From assembly GCA_963836185.1 (NCBI GenBank), contig CAWIIQ010000001.1, forward strand, positions 1,184,001 to 1,248,000: DNA of 64,000 nucleotides, read 5' to 3'. The position numbers and the translations under genes are program-made. Within the stretch, counting starts at the first letter, position 1. Each line of letters begins with the position of its first letter. Source of the DNA: Candidatus Krumholzibacteriia bacterium (GTDB taxonomy: Bacteria; Krumholzibacteriota; Krumholzibacteriia; Krumholzibacteriales; Krumholzibacteriaceae). The notes beneath the pieces were generated by a model. It was not told where the DNA came from. It did not search any database and worked only from the letters and a program-made list of their open reading frames with translations. Positions 53,839 to 64,000 of this stretch are shown in pieces.

Positions 53839-54757
53839 ATGGACAGATACTTTACTTTCATGTACGTCCGCAAGGGCAATGCGGGCGTGCGGACGATCCG
53901 TATTCGCAGGGTCGCCGCTATGGCGGCAGGCCTCTGCCTCATCGCGCTTCTGGCGGCAAGCGTCATTACAGGCGTGCGTTATGCCGGGATCAGGATAGAT
54001 TCGGACCGTATGGCCGGTCTGGAGCGCGAGAACGAGCAACTGCGCACGCAGCTCGTTTCCTTCGAGGCCGAGCTCGACGGCCTGAAGGGCAGGATGGACA
54101 GTAATTTCGAGCTCCAGAACCGGGCGAGGCTGATGGCCAGCCTCGATCCGCTGTCGGAGGATATATGGCAGGTCGGTGTTGGTGGTCCCGAACCGCAGCT
54201 TCTCGAGAGGGAGCTCGAATGTGTCCGACCAGGTGTTTGCCGGGCTGGAGAACGACCTCGACATGCTCGTCAGGCAGACGGAACTTCAGAAACAGAGTTA
54301 CAACGAGATCATCGGCATCCTCGAAGAAGAGGCCGCGAGGCGCGACTGCACCCCCTCGATCCGGCCGCTCAGGGGCGGATTCCTTTCGAGCAGGTTCGGC
54401 AGGAGGATGGATCCGTTTACCGGCAGGATCACGCGTCACAAGGGTGTCGACTATTTCGCCAGGACCGGAACGCCGGTCATGTCCTCCGCGGACGGGGTCA
54501 TTACGATGGCGAAGAAGAACGGCAGTATGGGACTGACCATAGAGGTGAACCATGGAAACGGCTTCAAGACCCGCTACGCTCACCTCGCCAAGATGCATGT
54601 CAGGCGGGGCCAGAGGATAAAGCGTGGGGAGATCCTCGGAGCCGTCGGCAATACAGGAAGATCGACGGGGCCTCATCTCCATTACGAGGTGATCTTCAGG
54701 AAACAGCACAGGGATCCCCTGAACTATATCATCCCCGAAGGGGTCTATTTCGACTGA
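53839..54757 (+). CDS. M23 family peptidase, TM anchor plus coiled coil (frameshift near 54200)
   Basis: 'SSRFGRRMDPFTG...HKGVD', 'TRYAHL', 'GNTGRSTGPHLHYEV'. Confidence 0.9.
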
Positions 54758-54896
54758 CCCGCTCCCCTGCAGGCAATACCTATCGTGCCCGCTTCAAGCG
54801 GCCGGACAGACCATGTCCGGGGAGCGGTCTTTCTGCATACGGAGCGGTGCGGTATGAAGCAGTGCTGCTTGAAGCGGCACGGGGAGGAGAGAAGAT

Positions 54897-56234
54897 ATGA
54901 AACGTATCATTCCTGTCATCATGTGTATCATGGCGGTTTCAGCCCTCTTTCCCGTCTCCACTGCCGGGGGGGAACCTTCTCCTCCGCGAAGAGAGGTCGT
55001 AAGCCTGCGCTACTGGACGGCCCCCGAGCATACGAGGATCGTCCTCGACATGAGCAGTGAATGCGTCTACCAGGTATCCGAACGCGGCGGACCCGACAGG
55101 ATAGTCATCGACATCCCGAAGGGGAGGCTCGCCGCCGGGCTGCGCAAGCTGCAGGTCGGCGACGGAGTCGTCGAAAGGGTAAGGGTCAACAGCCTCTCGA
55201 ACGGCGCCCAGATCGTGATCGATCTGCCGGCCAGGTCGGACTACAGCCATTTCGCGCTCAAGCCGAACAATATACATCCGCGGCACAGGATCGTCATCGA
55301 TGTGAACAGGACGATGACTGTCACGGAGAAACGGAAAAAGACTGAGAAGGCGAGAAAGGTCGCCCAGAGCGGCGACTATGTCGTGATTATAGATCCGGGG
55401 CACGGAGGAAGCGCGCCCGGCGCCGGTTCGAGGTACGGCCCGCCGGAGAAGACGTACACGCTGCCGCTTTCGAAGATGATCGCCAGGGAGATCGAGAAGC
55501 ACGAGGGGTTCAAGGCGGTGCTGACCCGTACCGGTGACTACGACGTCGAGTGGCACAGAAGGATCGAGATAGCCCGTCAGCATGGAGGGCACTGCTTCTT
55601 GAGCATCCATATGAACGGCAACAAGAATCGCAGGATCAGGGGATCGGAGATATATTTTCTCTCTCCGGAGGGGGCGACGGATATGCATGCCACCGCGGTG
55701 GCGGAACGCGAGAACATGCAGGTGAGGATGGAGGATGCCGGTGAGATGGTCGAAGGTGACGCCGGACAGATCCTCTTCGAGATGATGCGGAACCAGGCGC
55801 TCAACCAGAGCTCTATCCTGGCGGAATATCTTGCCGGCGAGTTCAAGCAGATCGGATCGATACCCTTTCATGATGTCCGGCAAGCCAACTTCATCGTTCT
55901 GAGGGGGACGACCATGCCGTCGGCCCTCGTCGAGGTGGCGTATCTCTCGAACAAGAGCGACGTGACACAGATAAAGAAGCAGTCGGTTCAGCAGAAGGTT
56001 GCAAAGGCGGTGGCCTCCGGCGTAGTATCATACCTGCTGGAGAATCCGCCGGAGAACATGGAGCGCAGGCCGATGAGACTGGCGGTCCATACCGTCTCGA
56101 AGGGCGAGACGCTTTCCGGCATAGCGAAGAGATACAGCTGTTCGATAAAGGATATCAAGACATTGAACAATATCGGTAACACGTCGATGATAAGGCCGGG
56201 GCAGAAACTGACGATCTACGCAAAGGCTGAATAG
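54897..56234 (+). CDS. amiC: N-acetylmuramoyl-L-alanine amidase (AMIN, Amidase_3, LysM)
   Basis: 'TRIVLD', 'IDPGHGG', 'LTRTGD', 'FLSIH', 'PSALVEVAYLSN', LysM 'HTVSKGETLSGIA'. Confidence 0.9.
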   Translation: MKRIIPVIMCIMAVSALFPVSTAGGEPSPPRREVVSLRYWTAPEHTRIVLDMSSECVYQVSERGGPDRIVIDIPKGRLAAGLRKLQVGDGVVERVRVNSLSNGAQIVIDLPARSDYSHFALKPNNIHPRHRIVIDVNRTMTVTEKRKKTEKARKVAQSGDYVVIIDPGHGGSAPGAGSRYGPPEKTYTLPLSKMIAREIEKHEGFKAVLTRTGDYDVEWHRRIEIARQHGGHCFLSIHMNGNKNRRIRGSEIYFLSPEGATDMHATAVAERENMQVRMEDAGEMVEGDAGQILFEMMRNQALNQSSILAEYLAGEFKQIGSIPFHDVRQANFIVLRGTTMPSALVEVAYLSNKSDVTQIKKQSVQQKVAKAVASGVVSYLLENPPENMERRPMRLAVHTVSKGETLSGIAKRYSCSIKDIKTLNNIGNTSMIRPGQKLTIYAKAE

Positions 56235-56262
56235 CGGAACACGGATCAGGGATGGAGGAAAC

Positions 56263-57249
56263 TTGAGCTTCGACCGGATAATCAAGGTTATGACGCGCAA
56301 TCTCGGAGCGAAGATCGTGTCGCTCATCTTTGCCTTTTTCCTCTGGCTGCATGTAACGGCCCAGCAGGGTGAGAACCAGTCGTTCAGGGTTCCCCTCACG
56401 ATGACAGGGATCGCCGACAGCCTTACGATAACGCATGACGTTCCCGAATCTATCGAGGTCACTATCCGCGGCTCGAGGAGCAACCTGATGAAGCTCAGGC
56501 TGTTCGGCAGGCTCGAGGCGACGGTCGACCTGTCCAAGGCGGTCAAAGGCCGGAATACGGTCTCACTTTCCGCGGCTATGATTAACTTGCCAGAACAGAT
56601 CGACCCGAGAGAGGTCACAGTCGACAATCCCAAGACGCTCGTCCTTAATTTCGAGGAAGTCGTCACGAAATCAGTGCCTGTCAGGATCGCATACAGGGGT
56701 GAGATACCGGATGACGTGATCATCGATGGTTCCCCGGTGATAATCCCGGCAAGGGTCAAGATGACCGGCGCCGCAAGTATCCTCGAAGGGATCGAGGTCC
56801 TTTCCACGCGCGAGATCGACATCAGGGGCCGCAGGGGAGATTACTCGGAAGAGTTCGAACTGATGCTCGGTGGCATGGATATACGCGTCGTGCCGGACAA
56901 GGTGCTGATCGAGATGTCGATCCACAAGAGGGCCATCCGTACTCTGGCAAATATCCCTCCGACGATGCTCCGGGAAGACGAGAGCCTTACAGTCGAGTAT
57001 TCCCCGAGGATAGTCTCTCTCACGATAGAGGGCCCCAAGGAGATCATCGACCGAGATAACGACCGAGGATGTCTCGGTAATACTCGACCTGACAGGAAAG
57101 CCGCCGGGGACATACCTGATCGAGCCCGAAGTGATCGTCCCGAACGGAATTGAAAGATACTTCCTCGACACGGACAATTTCGAGATAACTATACTGCCCG
57201 TCCGGAAGCGGCAGCCGATAAGGAAAAGCAGGACGGCAATAATGGCTGA
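56263..57249 (+). CDS. CdaR/YbbR-like repeat protein (frameshifts near 57050 and 57200; end approximate)
   Basis: 'KIVSLIFAFFLWLHV' TM helix, YbbR repeats 'PESIEVTIRG', 'PARVKMTG', 'PRIVSLTIEGP'. Confidence 0.75.
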
Positions 57250-58162
57250 CACCCCGAAGAACGGCGGCGGCAACATGCTTTCTTCCTATATCGGAAGATG
57301 GATGTCGCTCGTCATGCTTCTGCTCCTTGTGACGCTGGCCGCGGCCGCGCTCTTTTTCGAGCCGGACTATCCGGCCCATGTGCCTCTGCGCATAGGTGTC
57401 TGCGCTTTCGATTCAGTCACTGCCGGCCCTGCTCTGCGTTCCTTCGCATCGACAGTGAGGGAGCAGGAAGGTGGTGACATCAGCTGGGTATGGCTCGGTC
57501 CGGGGAGGGAACCGGCAGGATGTGACTTCTACCTGATGACATCGCTGCAGATGCTTGCCGCCCGCGAGAAGAGTATGATGGATTGTCTTCTGCTTTCCAC
57601 CCCGCGCATCGACGGTTCATTGTCGATGGGTGTCGTGGTCGTCCGGGCGGAAGCCGAGCCCGACTGGTCGCGCACGGCTTTTACCTCTTCTGTCTCGGCT
57701 ACCGGATTCATCTCGCCTCTCGCCGCTATCGCGGAAGGCGGAGTGTGTGTCGAGGACCTTTCCTACGAAACTGCTTTCCGAGGGATGCCCGGTCTGCGGG
57801 GAGGCTGTAGCGTTCGGAGTGCTTCAAGGCAGGTATGGCGCTGGCGGCATTCCTCTCGAGGAACTCAGGAGGACTCGAAGGGAGAGGGGTCGATCGGACA
57901 GGGAGAACTCCGTGTCCTCTTTACCGGGCCCGAGCTTCCGGAGATAGTGCTTGTCATCAGATCCTGTCGACCGAAGAATGGAAGTCGAGTGGATTCGCCC
58001 GGAGACTGCCCGGGATCACTGAGAAGGCTTTCCGATCCCCTGTCCCGGGAGATGGCCCGTCTGGGGATGGTCCTGTTCAGGCCGCCGGCCGCAGGTGAAC
58101 TCGAGATGCTCGGCAGTGTCCCGCTGCCGGTCCGGGAAGAGGCCGGTTATCACTTCCCTTGA
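57242..58162 (+). CDS. PhnD/phosphonate-type substrate-binding-like protein (probably internal frameshifts)
   Basis: N-terminal hydrophobic helix, 'AFTSSVSATGFISP', 'LRVLFTGPELP'. Confidence 0.5.
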   Translation: MADTPKNGGGNMLSSYIGRWMSLVMLLLLVTLAAAALFFEPDYPAHVPLRIGVCAFDSVTAGPALRSFASTVREQEGGDISWVWLGPGREPAGCDFYLMTSLQMLAAREKSMMDCLLLSTPRIDGSLSMGVVVVRAEAEPDWSRTAFTSSVSATGFISPLAAIAEGGVCVEDLSYETAFRGMPGLRGGCSVRSASRQVWRWRHSSRGTQEDSKGEGSIGQGELRVLFTGPELPEIVLVIRSCRPKNGSRVDSPGDCPGSLRRLSDPLSREMARLGMVLFRPPAAGELEMLGSVPLPVREEAGYHFP

Positions 58163-58240
58163 ACGAGGACACTATAAACCGCTATATTCCCCGGGACAGG
58201 CGATGACCGGGCCGTACTTTCCACCGGAGGATCCTGAGTC

Positions 58241-58645
58241 TTGAGATGGAATCTCAGAAGATGGCTGCCGCTGATAGTATGGATAGTAATGATCTTCGGT
58301 CTTTCGTCGATCCCGGGATTCTCGTCAGATGATGTGAATCTTCCCACTGGATTCGACAAGGTCGTACATTTCATGGAATACGCCATCTTCGCGCTGCTCT
58401 ACTACAGGGGATTAAGCTATGGCGGGGTGAGGGTCAGATGGAGCATCGTGATCATCGTCATAATGACCGGGATCGCCATGGCTGCCCTTGACGAGATGTA
58501 TCAGAGTTATATACCGCGCCGCGACTCGAGCTTTTTCGACCTTGTCATGGATTCGACAGGGGTAGTATTCGGAACACTCGCGGCGGTGACGAGGCATATC
58601 ATCCAGATAAGGAAGGCCTCAGAGAGAAAGGCCGTGGGCGAATGA
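58241..58645 (+). CDS. VanZ family membrane protein
   Basis: 'IFGLSSIP', 'DKVVHFMEY', 'DEMYQSYIPRR..S..D'. Confidence 0.88.
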   Translation: MRWNLRRWLPLIVWIVMIFGLSSIPGFSSDDVNLPTGFDKVVHFMEYAIFALLYYRGLSYGGVRVRWSIVIIVIMTGIAMAALDEMYQSYIPRRDSSFFDLVMDSTGVVFGTLAAVTRHIIQIRKASERKAVGE

Positions 58646-59910
58646 GATTCAAGAGACCGAGAGGAACGCAGGATCTTTTCGGGGACAGGATGCGGTCATG
58701 GGCAGGGGTCGAGGAGATGCTTGCCGCGCTCGCCGATCGCTACGGGTACAGCGAGATACGCACCCCCGTATTCGAGGTCTCCGAGCTTTTTGTACGCGCC
58801 GTCGGTGAGGCGACCGATATCGTCTCGAAAGAGATGTATGCATTTGCCGACAAGAAAGGGCGCAGCCTGACCCTGAGGCCGGAGAATACGGCGCCTGTGA
58901 TGCGGGCCTTCATCGAGAACGGGCTCCACAGGACCGGGGGAATAACAAAATTCTGGTACCAGGGTCCGATGTTCAGGTATGACAGGCCGCAGGCGGGCAG
59001 ATACCGCCAGTTCCACCAGTTCGGCGCCGAGGCGATCGGGCATCCCGGGCCGGCTGTCGACGCCGAAATAATCGACCTGAGCCTCGCGATCTACAGGATG
59101 TTCGGTTTCGAAGGGCTGGAAGTCAGACTCAACAGTGTCGGATGCCCTGTCTGCCGGCCAGGTTTCCGCGACGTTCTGCGCGGAGCGCTCGAGCAGCGCC
59201 GGGACGAGCTGTGCGATACCTGCGGCGAACGGGCAGAGGTAAACCCGATGCGGATATTCGACTGCAAGGAATGCGAAGATATCAAGGCGAAGCTTCCGGT
59301 AATAACCGATCATCTCTGCGGTGAATGCTCGGAGCACTTCGCCGGGCTCCAGGCGATCCTTCGCGGTATGGATGTTGATTTTATACTCGATCCGCTTCTC
59401 GTGAGGGGACTCGACTACTATACGAAGACGGCTTACGAGGTCCTTCATCCAGGGCTCGGCGGGCAGAACGCACTCTGCGGCGGCGGACGTTATGACGGGC
59501 TTGCCGAGGAATGCGGCGGGGGAAATATCCCCGCGGTAGGATTCTCGGCCGGGATGGAACGGTTGATGGAGAACCTTCCGGAGGAGTTCGCGGGGAAGAT
59601 CGGGCTCGAACCGGTCGACGCCTTCTTTGTACTGCCCGATGAGGCGACCTCCGCCAAGGTCCTCTCGCTAGCCGGGACACTGCGCTCATCGGGGTTGCGG
59701 GTCTCGGTCGACCTGTCCGGCCGCTCGATGAAAAAACAGATGAAAGCGGCTTCGGAATCAGGGGCCCCGCTTGCCGTGATAATCGGCCCGGAAGAGATAG
59801 AGAAAAACGAAGCCGCCGTCAAGATCCTCGCGAGCGGCGAGCAGGAGAACGTACCGTTTCCGGAACTGCCGGCGAGGATACTCCAGGAGAGGAAGAACGA
59901 AGTTGACTGA
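58642..59910 (+). CDS. hisS: Histidine--tRNA ligase
   Basis: 'PRGTQD', 'LRPENTA', 'FRYDRPQAGRYRQFHQFG', 'LVRGLDYY', 'GGGRYDGL'. Confidence 0.98.
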   Translation: MRFKRPRGTQDLFGDRMRSWAGVEEMLAALADRYGYSEIRTPVFEVSELFVRAVGEATDIVSKEMYAFADKKGRSLTLRPENTAPVMRAFIENGLHRTGGITKFWYQGPMFRYDRPQAGRYRQFHQFGAEAIGHPGPAVDAEIIDLSLAIYRMFGFEGLEVRLNSVGCPVCRPGFRDVLRGALEQRRDELCDTCGERAEVNPMRIFDCKECEDIKAKLPVITDHLCGECSEHFAGLQAILRGMDVDFILDPLLVRGLDYYTKTAYEVLHPGLGGQNALCGGGRYDGLAEECGGGNIPAVGFSAGMERLMENLPEEFAGKIGLEPVDAFFVLPDEATSAKVLSLAGTLRSSGLRVSVDLSGRSMKKQMKAASESGAPLAVIIGPEEIEKNEAAVKILASGEQENVPFPELPARILQERKNEVD

Positions 59911-61711
59911 CACACCAGTATATCATTTCGGCGATGAGTGGAAGAGGACCGCGCAGTGCGGAAAGCTCAGTTCCGCCGACGAAGGAAATGAAGTGACACT
60001 CGCCGGCTGGGTAAGAAAGGTGCGCGAGTTCGGAGACCTGACTTTTCTCGACATGTGGGACCGCAGCGGACTTGTGCAGCTCGTAGTCGAGGCGGGTGGC
60101 GAGGAACTTCATCTCCTTTTCAGATCGCTGCGCAACGAGGACGTCCTTGCCGTCAGGGGGAAGGTGAGGCGGCGGCCGGCCGATATGGTCAATGCCGGCA
60201 TGGGAACTGGCGAGGTCGAGGTGGAGGTCTCGGCGGCGGAGGTCTTCAACCGGAGCAAGGTGCCCCCTTTCAACGTTACCGACAAGTCTCAGGCCAGCGA
60301 CGAGTTGAGGCTCAAGTACAGGTATCTAGACCTGCGCCGCGACTCGATGCAGTCGAAGCTGCGGCTGCGTCACGATATCGCGCTTAAGACGAGGGAATTT
60401 CTTTCCGGTGAGGATTTCATCGAGGTCGAGACGCCTATGCTTGTCCGCCGTACTCCGGAGGGGGCGAGGGATTACATCGTTCCGAGCAGGCTCCAGCCGG
60501 GAAAGTTCTACGCCCTGCCGCAGTCGCCGCAGCTGTACAAGCAGATACTGATGGTCTCTGGAGTCGACCGGTATTTCCAGCTGGCCAGGTGCCTTCGCGA
60601 CGAGGACCTGCGGGCCGACCGTCAGCCCGAGCACACACAGATCGACATCGAGATGAGTTTTATCTCGGAGAGCGATATATTTCCGCTTGCCGAGAGCGCT
60701 GATGAAAAAGATATTCGGCGAGGTCGCAGGTATTGATCTCGAGACCCCTTTCCCCGTTCTCGACTATGACGAGGCGATGCTGAGGTACGGCACGGACAAG
60801 CCCGACCTGAGGTTCGGCCTCGAGATCGCCGAGTGCTCCGATATCTTCCGCGGCAGCGGATTCTCCGCCTTCGCCTCGGCTGTCGAGGATGGAGGAGCGG
60901 TCAGGGGGATATCCTGGCCTGACGGCATCGGGCCAGTCAAAAAGCCAGATTAAGAAGCTCGAGAAGATCGTAAGGGGAGCAGGGGCGGGAGGGCTCGCTG
61001 CCCTGAGCGTCGATGAAAACGGGAGTCGAGTCCCCTGTTGCGAAATTCCTCGGAGAAGACGAGATGAAGGCACTTCTCGAGAGATTCGGCGCCTCGGCTT
61101 CGTCACCCTCGCTGATACTTCTTGTAGCCGGGGATGTCCCGGTGGTGGAGAAGTCGCTCGGAACGCTCAGGACCCACCTGGGAGCTGAACTGGTCGGCGA
61201 CAATCGGGAGATGCGGTTCCTGTGGGTGAACCGTTTTCCCCTCTTCATGCCCTCCGGCGATGGGGGCTGGGATCCGGCTCATCACATATTCTCGATGCCG
61301 CTCGAGGAGGATATACCCTCGATCGATTCAGATCCGGGAGCGGTCCGCGGGCACCTTTACGATCTCGTATGCAACGGGACAGAACTGGGCTCGGGATCTA
61401 TCAGGATCCACAGGCGCGAACTGCAGGAGAAACTCTTCGGCGTGATCGGGCTCGGGAAAGAAGAGGCCGAGCGCAAGTTCGGCTTCCTGCTCGAGGCATT
61501 CGAGTTCGGCGCTCCGCCCCATGGGGGGATCGCCATCGGTCTCGACCGGCTGGCGATGATAATATCTGGAGAGAATTCGATAAGGGATTTCATAGCGTTT
61601 CCAAAGACGCAGAGCGCCACTTCACTGATGGAAGGGGCCCCTTCGGTTGTGGAGGAGGCTATCCTCGATGAACTGCATATTGAGGTAACGGAAAGGAACG
61701 AAAGGGAATAA
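59903..61711 (+). CDS. aspS: Aspartate--tRNA ligase (several frameshifts at about 60690-61020)
   Basis: 'LKYRYLDLRR', 'TPEGARDY', 'YALPQSPQLYKQ', 'RDEDLRADRQPE', 'GSGSIRIH', 'GAPPHGGIAIGLDRL', 'IAFPKT'. Confidence 0.95.
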
Positions 61712-61723
61712 CGGGGCATTATC

Positions 61724-61739
61724 AGGCACAGCTCTTGCA
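61724..61739 (+). promoter_or_regulatory. Sigma-54 (-24/-12) promoter
   Basis: AGGCACAGCTCTTGCA, GG-N10-GC. Confidence 0.7.
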
Positions 61740-61838
61740 CGAAAGCTGGAAAAGGCTTTTTGCTTGACATGCAGCCTGTACGGCATTAATGTTCCTGTAA
61801 GTTGTTATGGTATATAACGACAGGGAGGAAAAAAGGTT

Positions 61839-62129
61839 ATGAAATCAGCACGTGGATGGCTGATGCTGACGATCATATTCAGCCTGGTTGCAGGAATTTC
61901 TGCCGGTTGCGGACCCGCGCCTCCGTGCGAGACGAGCCTCGTGACACTTGACGAGACGCGACTCGACGCGGAGAGCTATGAGAAAGAAGCGGCCGAGACG
62001 GGCGAAAAGGTTGATGACCTTGAGACGAGGCTCGCTGCCAAGCGTGGCGAGATCGATGCGATCAAGGAGAAGCCCGAAGAGCTCGAGAAAAAAGTATATG
62101 AACTGAAAAAAGGCAGCGGCAGGGAATAG
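61839..62129 (+). CDS. Small coiled-coil lipoprotein
   Basis: GGAGG RBS, lipobox 'SAGC'. Confidence 0.75.
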   Translation: MKSARGWLMLTIIFSLVAGISAGCGPAPPCETSLVTLDETRLDAESYEKEAAETGEKVDDLETRLAAKRGEIDAIKEKPEELEKKVYELKKGSGRE

Positions 62130-62147
62130 GCGGCTGGCAGAACGGAG

Positions 62148-62864
62148 ATGGGAATAATGAACAGAAGATTTTTGATCGCGCTGGTGTTCATTCCTCTGAT
62201 CATCGTACTGGCCGCTGGCTGCAGCAGCCACAAGCCCCGGGATATCGATATCAGCGAGGGCGAATACTACGAGGACGAGGAATACCAGAAGCTGTCAAAG
62301 GATCAGAGGGAGCAGTACTGCACGGATCTGGCTATGGAGCTCGATACGCTCGAGACCCGGTCGGAGACAGCCCAGGCACAGCTCGAACAGAACAAGGAAG
62401 ACATCCAGACCCTTACGAGGGAACTGCGTGACTCGGAGAGGGAATACTCGAAGCTGCGCAACCACGTCGATGAACTGACGCTGCAGCTGCAGGAACTAGC
62501 CTCTCTGCCGAAGGAGCATAAGCTCATCTACGGCGAGTGTCTCTGGACGGTAGCTGGGTACGAGCAGATCTACGGAGACCCCCTCAAGTGGACGAGGCTC
62601 TGGAGAGGCAATACAAACATGATCGAGGATCCTGACTGGGTCCTGGCCGGATGGACACTACAGGTTCCCAGGCACTGGCCCCGCAAGCACATGGTCGTGC
62701 AGGACGAGTGGCTTGCCAAGATCGCCGGATACTGGGAAGTATACGACAACTACCGCCAGTGGCCCGTTCTTTTCGAGGCCAACAGGGACAGGATCAACGA
62801 TCCCGACCTGATCTTCCCCGAGCAGGAACTGATAGTTCCCAGGGAATTTCCTGCTTCGGATTAA
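62148..62864 (+). CDS. Lipoprotein with coiled coil and two LysM-like domains
   Basis: Lipobox 'LAAGC'. 'GECLWTVAG...YGDPLKW' and 'WLAKIAG...W..LFEANRDRINDPDLIFPEQELIVP'. Confidence 0.88.
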   Translation: MGIMNRRFLIALVFIPLIIVLAAGCSSHKPRDIDISEGEYYEDEEYQKLSKDQREQYCTDLAMELDTLETRSETAQAQLEQNKEDIQTLTRELRDSEREYSKLRNHVDELTLQLQELASLPKEHKLIYGECLWTVAGYEQIYGDPLKWTRLWRGNTNMIEDPDWVLAGWTLQVPRHWPRKHMVVQDEWLAKIAGYWEVYDNYRQWPVLFEANRDRINDPDLIFPEQELIVPREFPASD

Positions 62865-62948
62865 GCGAGGCGGTCATACAGACTTAGCATACATGACTCT
62901 TGGTCTGCGAGTGCGGACCAGGAGTTTTGTATTAAAAGGGAACGGTAT

Positions 62949-63935
62949 TTGAAACAGAAATCGAGAAAAAGGGTGCTTTCACTTGCCGGCGTCGACGGGC
63001 TCAAACTCCTGGGCGCAGGCGACAGGAATCTCGGGATGATCGAGGAGCACTTCGAGCAGAATATCGTGGTCCGCGGCGATGAGATCATCATTACCGGCGC
63101 TAACAGGCGGATAGACGAGCTGACGGCTGTGCTGCAGACGTTGATAAGTATCGCCGCCGGCGGAAGGGCCGTGACCGAGGGCGATGTGATGACCGTTCTG
63201 CGAGGAGACGGGAGTGACTCGAAGAAGATCGGTTCACTTGATGAGACCGTCGTCTACTATTCCACCGCCAGAAGGAAGAGCATCGTTCCGAGGAGCGTAA
63301 AACAGAAAGAATATGTCAGCGCGGTGGCCGGGCATGATATCGTATTCGCGATAGGGCCTGCGGGAACCGGTAAGACATACCTGGCTGTCGCCATGGCGCT
63401 CGCCGCGCTTAAGAGCGGCGAGATCGAGAAGATATACCTCTCAAGGCCGGTCGTGGAGGCGGGAGAAAACCTCGGATTCCTGCCGGGTGACCTGCAGGAG
63501 AAGATCGATCCTTATATCAGGCCTGTATTCGACGCGCTGCATGACATGATAGGCAGGGAAAAGACACAGAGGATGATAGATACGGGTGTGCTGGAGATCG
63601 CGCCCCTCGCTTATATGCGCGGAAGGACGTTGAACAACGCATTCGCCGTCCTCGACGAGGCGCAGAACAGCACGATCAACCAGATGAAGATGTTTCTGAC
63701 AAGGCTAGGAGTGGACTCGAAGGCTATCGTGACGGGCGACATCACGCAGATCGACCTTGCCGATCCGTCGAAGTCGGGGCTCGTGGCGGTTTCCGGGATC
63801 CTCGACGGTGTCGAGGGCATAGAGTTCGTCTGGTTCGGGGAAGAAGATGTGGTGAGGCACAGGCTCGTCAAGATGATCATAAAGGCTTTCAGCCGGATCA
63901 GGCCGAACGGCGAACCGGAGGCTTCCGATGAATGA
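62949..63935 (+). CDS. phoH: PhoH-family ATPase (YbeZ-like)
   Basis: 'GPAGTGKTYLA', 'LGFLPGDL', 'APLAYMRGRTL', 'LDEAQN', 'TGDITQIDL', 'DVVRH'. Confidence 0.96.
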   Translation: MKQKSRKRVLSLAGVDGLKLLGAGDRNLGMIEEHFEQNIVVRGDEIIITGANRRIDELTAVLQTLISIAAGGRAVTEGDVMTVLRGDGSDSKKIGSLDETVVYYSTARRKSIVPRSVKQKEYVSAVAGHDIVFAIGPAGTGKTYLAVAMALAALKSGEIEKIYLSRPVVEAGENLGFLPGDLQEKIDPYIRPVFDALHDMIGREKTQRMIDTGVLEIAPLAYMRGRTLNNAFAVLDEAQNSTINQMKMFLTRLGVDSKAIVTGDITQIDLADPSKSGLVAVSGILDGVEGIEFVWFGEEDVVRHRLVKMIIKAFSRIRPNGEPEASDE

Positions 63936-64000
63936 CCAGCCATCAAACGGAGATAAGGGCAATTCCCTCGACGGGCTGCGCAAGGGCCTGACTGTCCTTC
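63932..64000 (+). CDS. 5' fragment of the next gene, unidentifiable
   Basis: ATGA overlap with the phoH stop; open to the window end. Confidence 0.45.

Noticed and set aside
57131-58162. Apparent CdaR-PhnD fusion ORF
   Set aside because: Better explained by a frameshift near 57200. An ATG at 57242 overlaps a TGA in the alternate frame and precedes its own hydrophobic leader.

Overview
This is a GC-rich chromosomal window from a diderm bacterium. Gene content suggests an FCB-group lineage such as Krumholzibacteria or Latescibacteria (inference): several secreted proteins end in FlgD-Ig/T9SS-like C-terminal domains, and there is a PorV-family protein, an LpxH-like enzyme and a short SigA-type sigma factor. 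Many genes, including essential aspS, are split by frameshifts that look like uncorrected long-read errors. Housekeeping and envelope genes: acyl-CoA ligase, ktrB/ktrA, transporters, tricorn and C1 peptidases, tRNA-fMet, ftsB, eno, an ECF sigma operon, an Omp85-family protein, rlmN, ppx, an NtrC-family regulator, sigA, M23/amiC, hisS, aspS and phoH. Most notable observations: (1) A candidate peptide-responsive sigma-54 module at 41.3-51.2 kb. It comprises a small secreted protein, a receiver-less TPR-GAF-AAA+ enhancer-binding protein, and a 1.05 kb structured non-coding region with two -24/-12 promoters, one facing long hairpins (candidate ncRNA). A lipoprotein, an M6 protease homologue lacking its zinc motif and a PorV-family gene follow. 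(2) Five sigma-54 promoter matches, four facing envelope or secreted-protein genes. (3) A 7.8 kb integrase-less island bounded by a 44/45 bp direct repeat of a peptidase 3' end, carrying a kinase-STAND-WD40 gene. (4) A stand-alone HNH endonuclease whose nuclease domain is hidden by a frameshift. All calls come from reading the sequence; no database searches were run.
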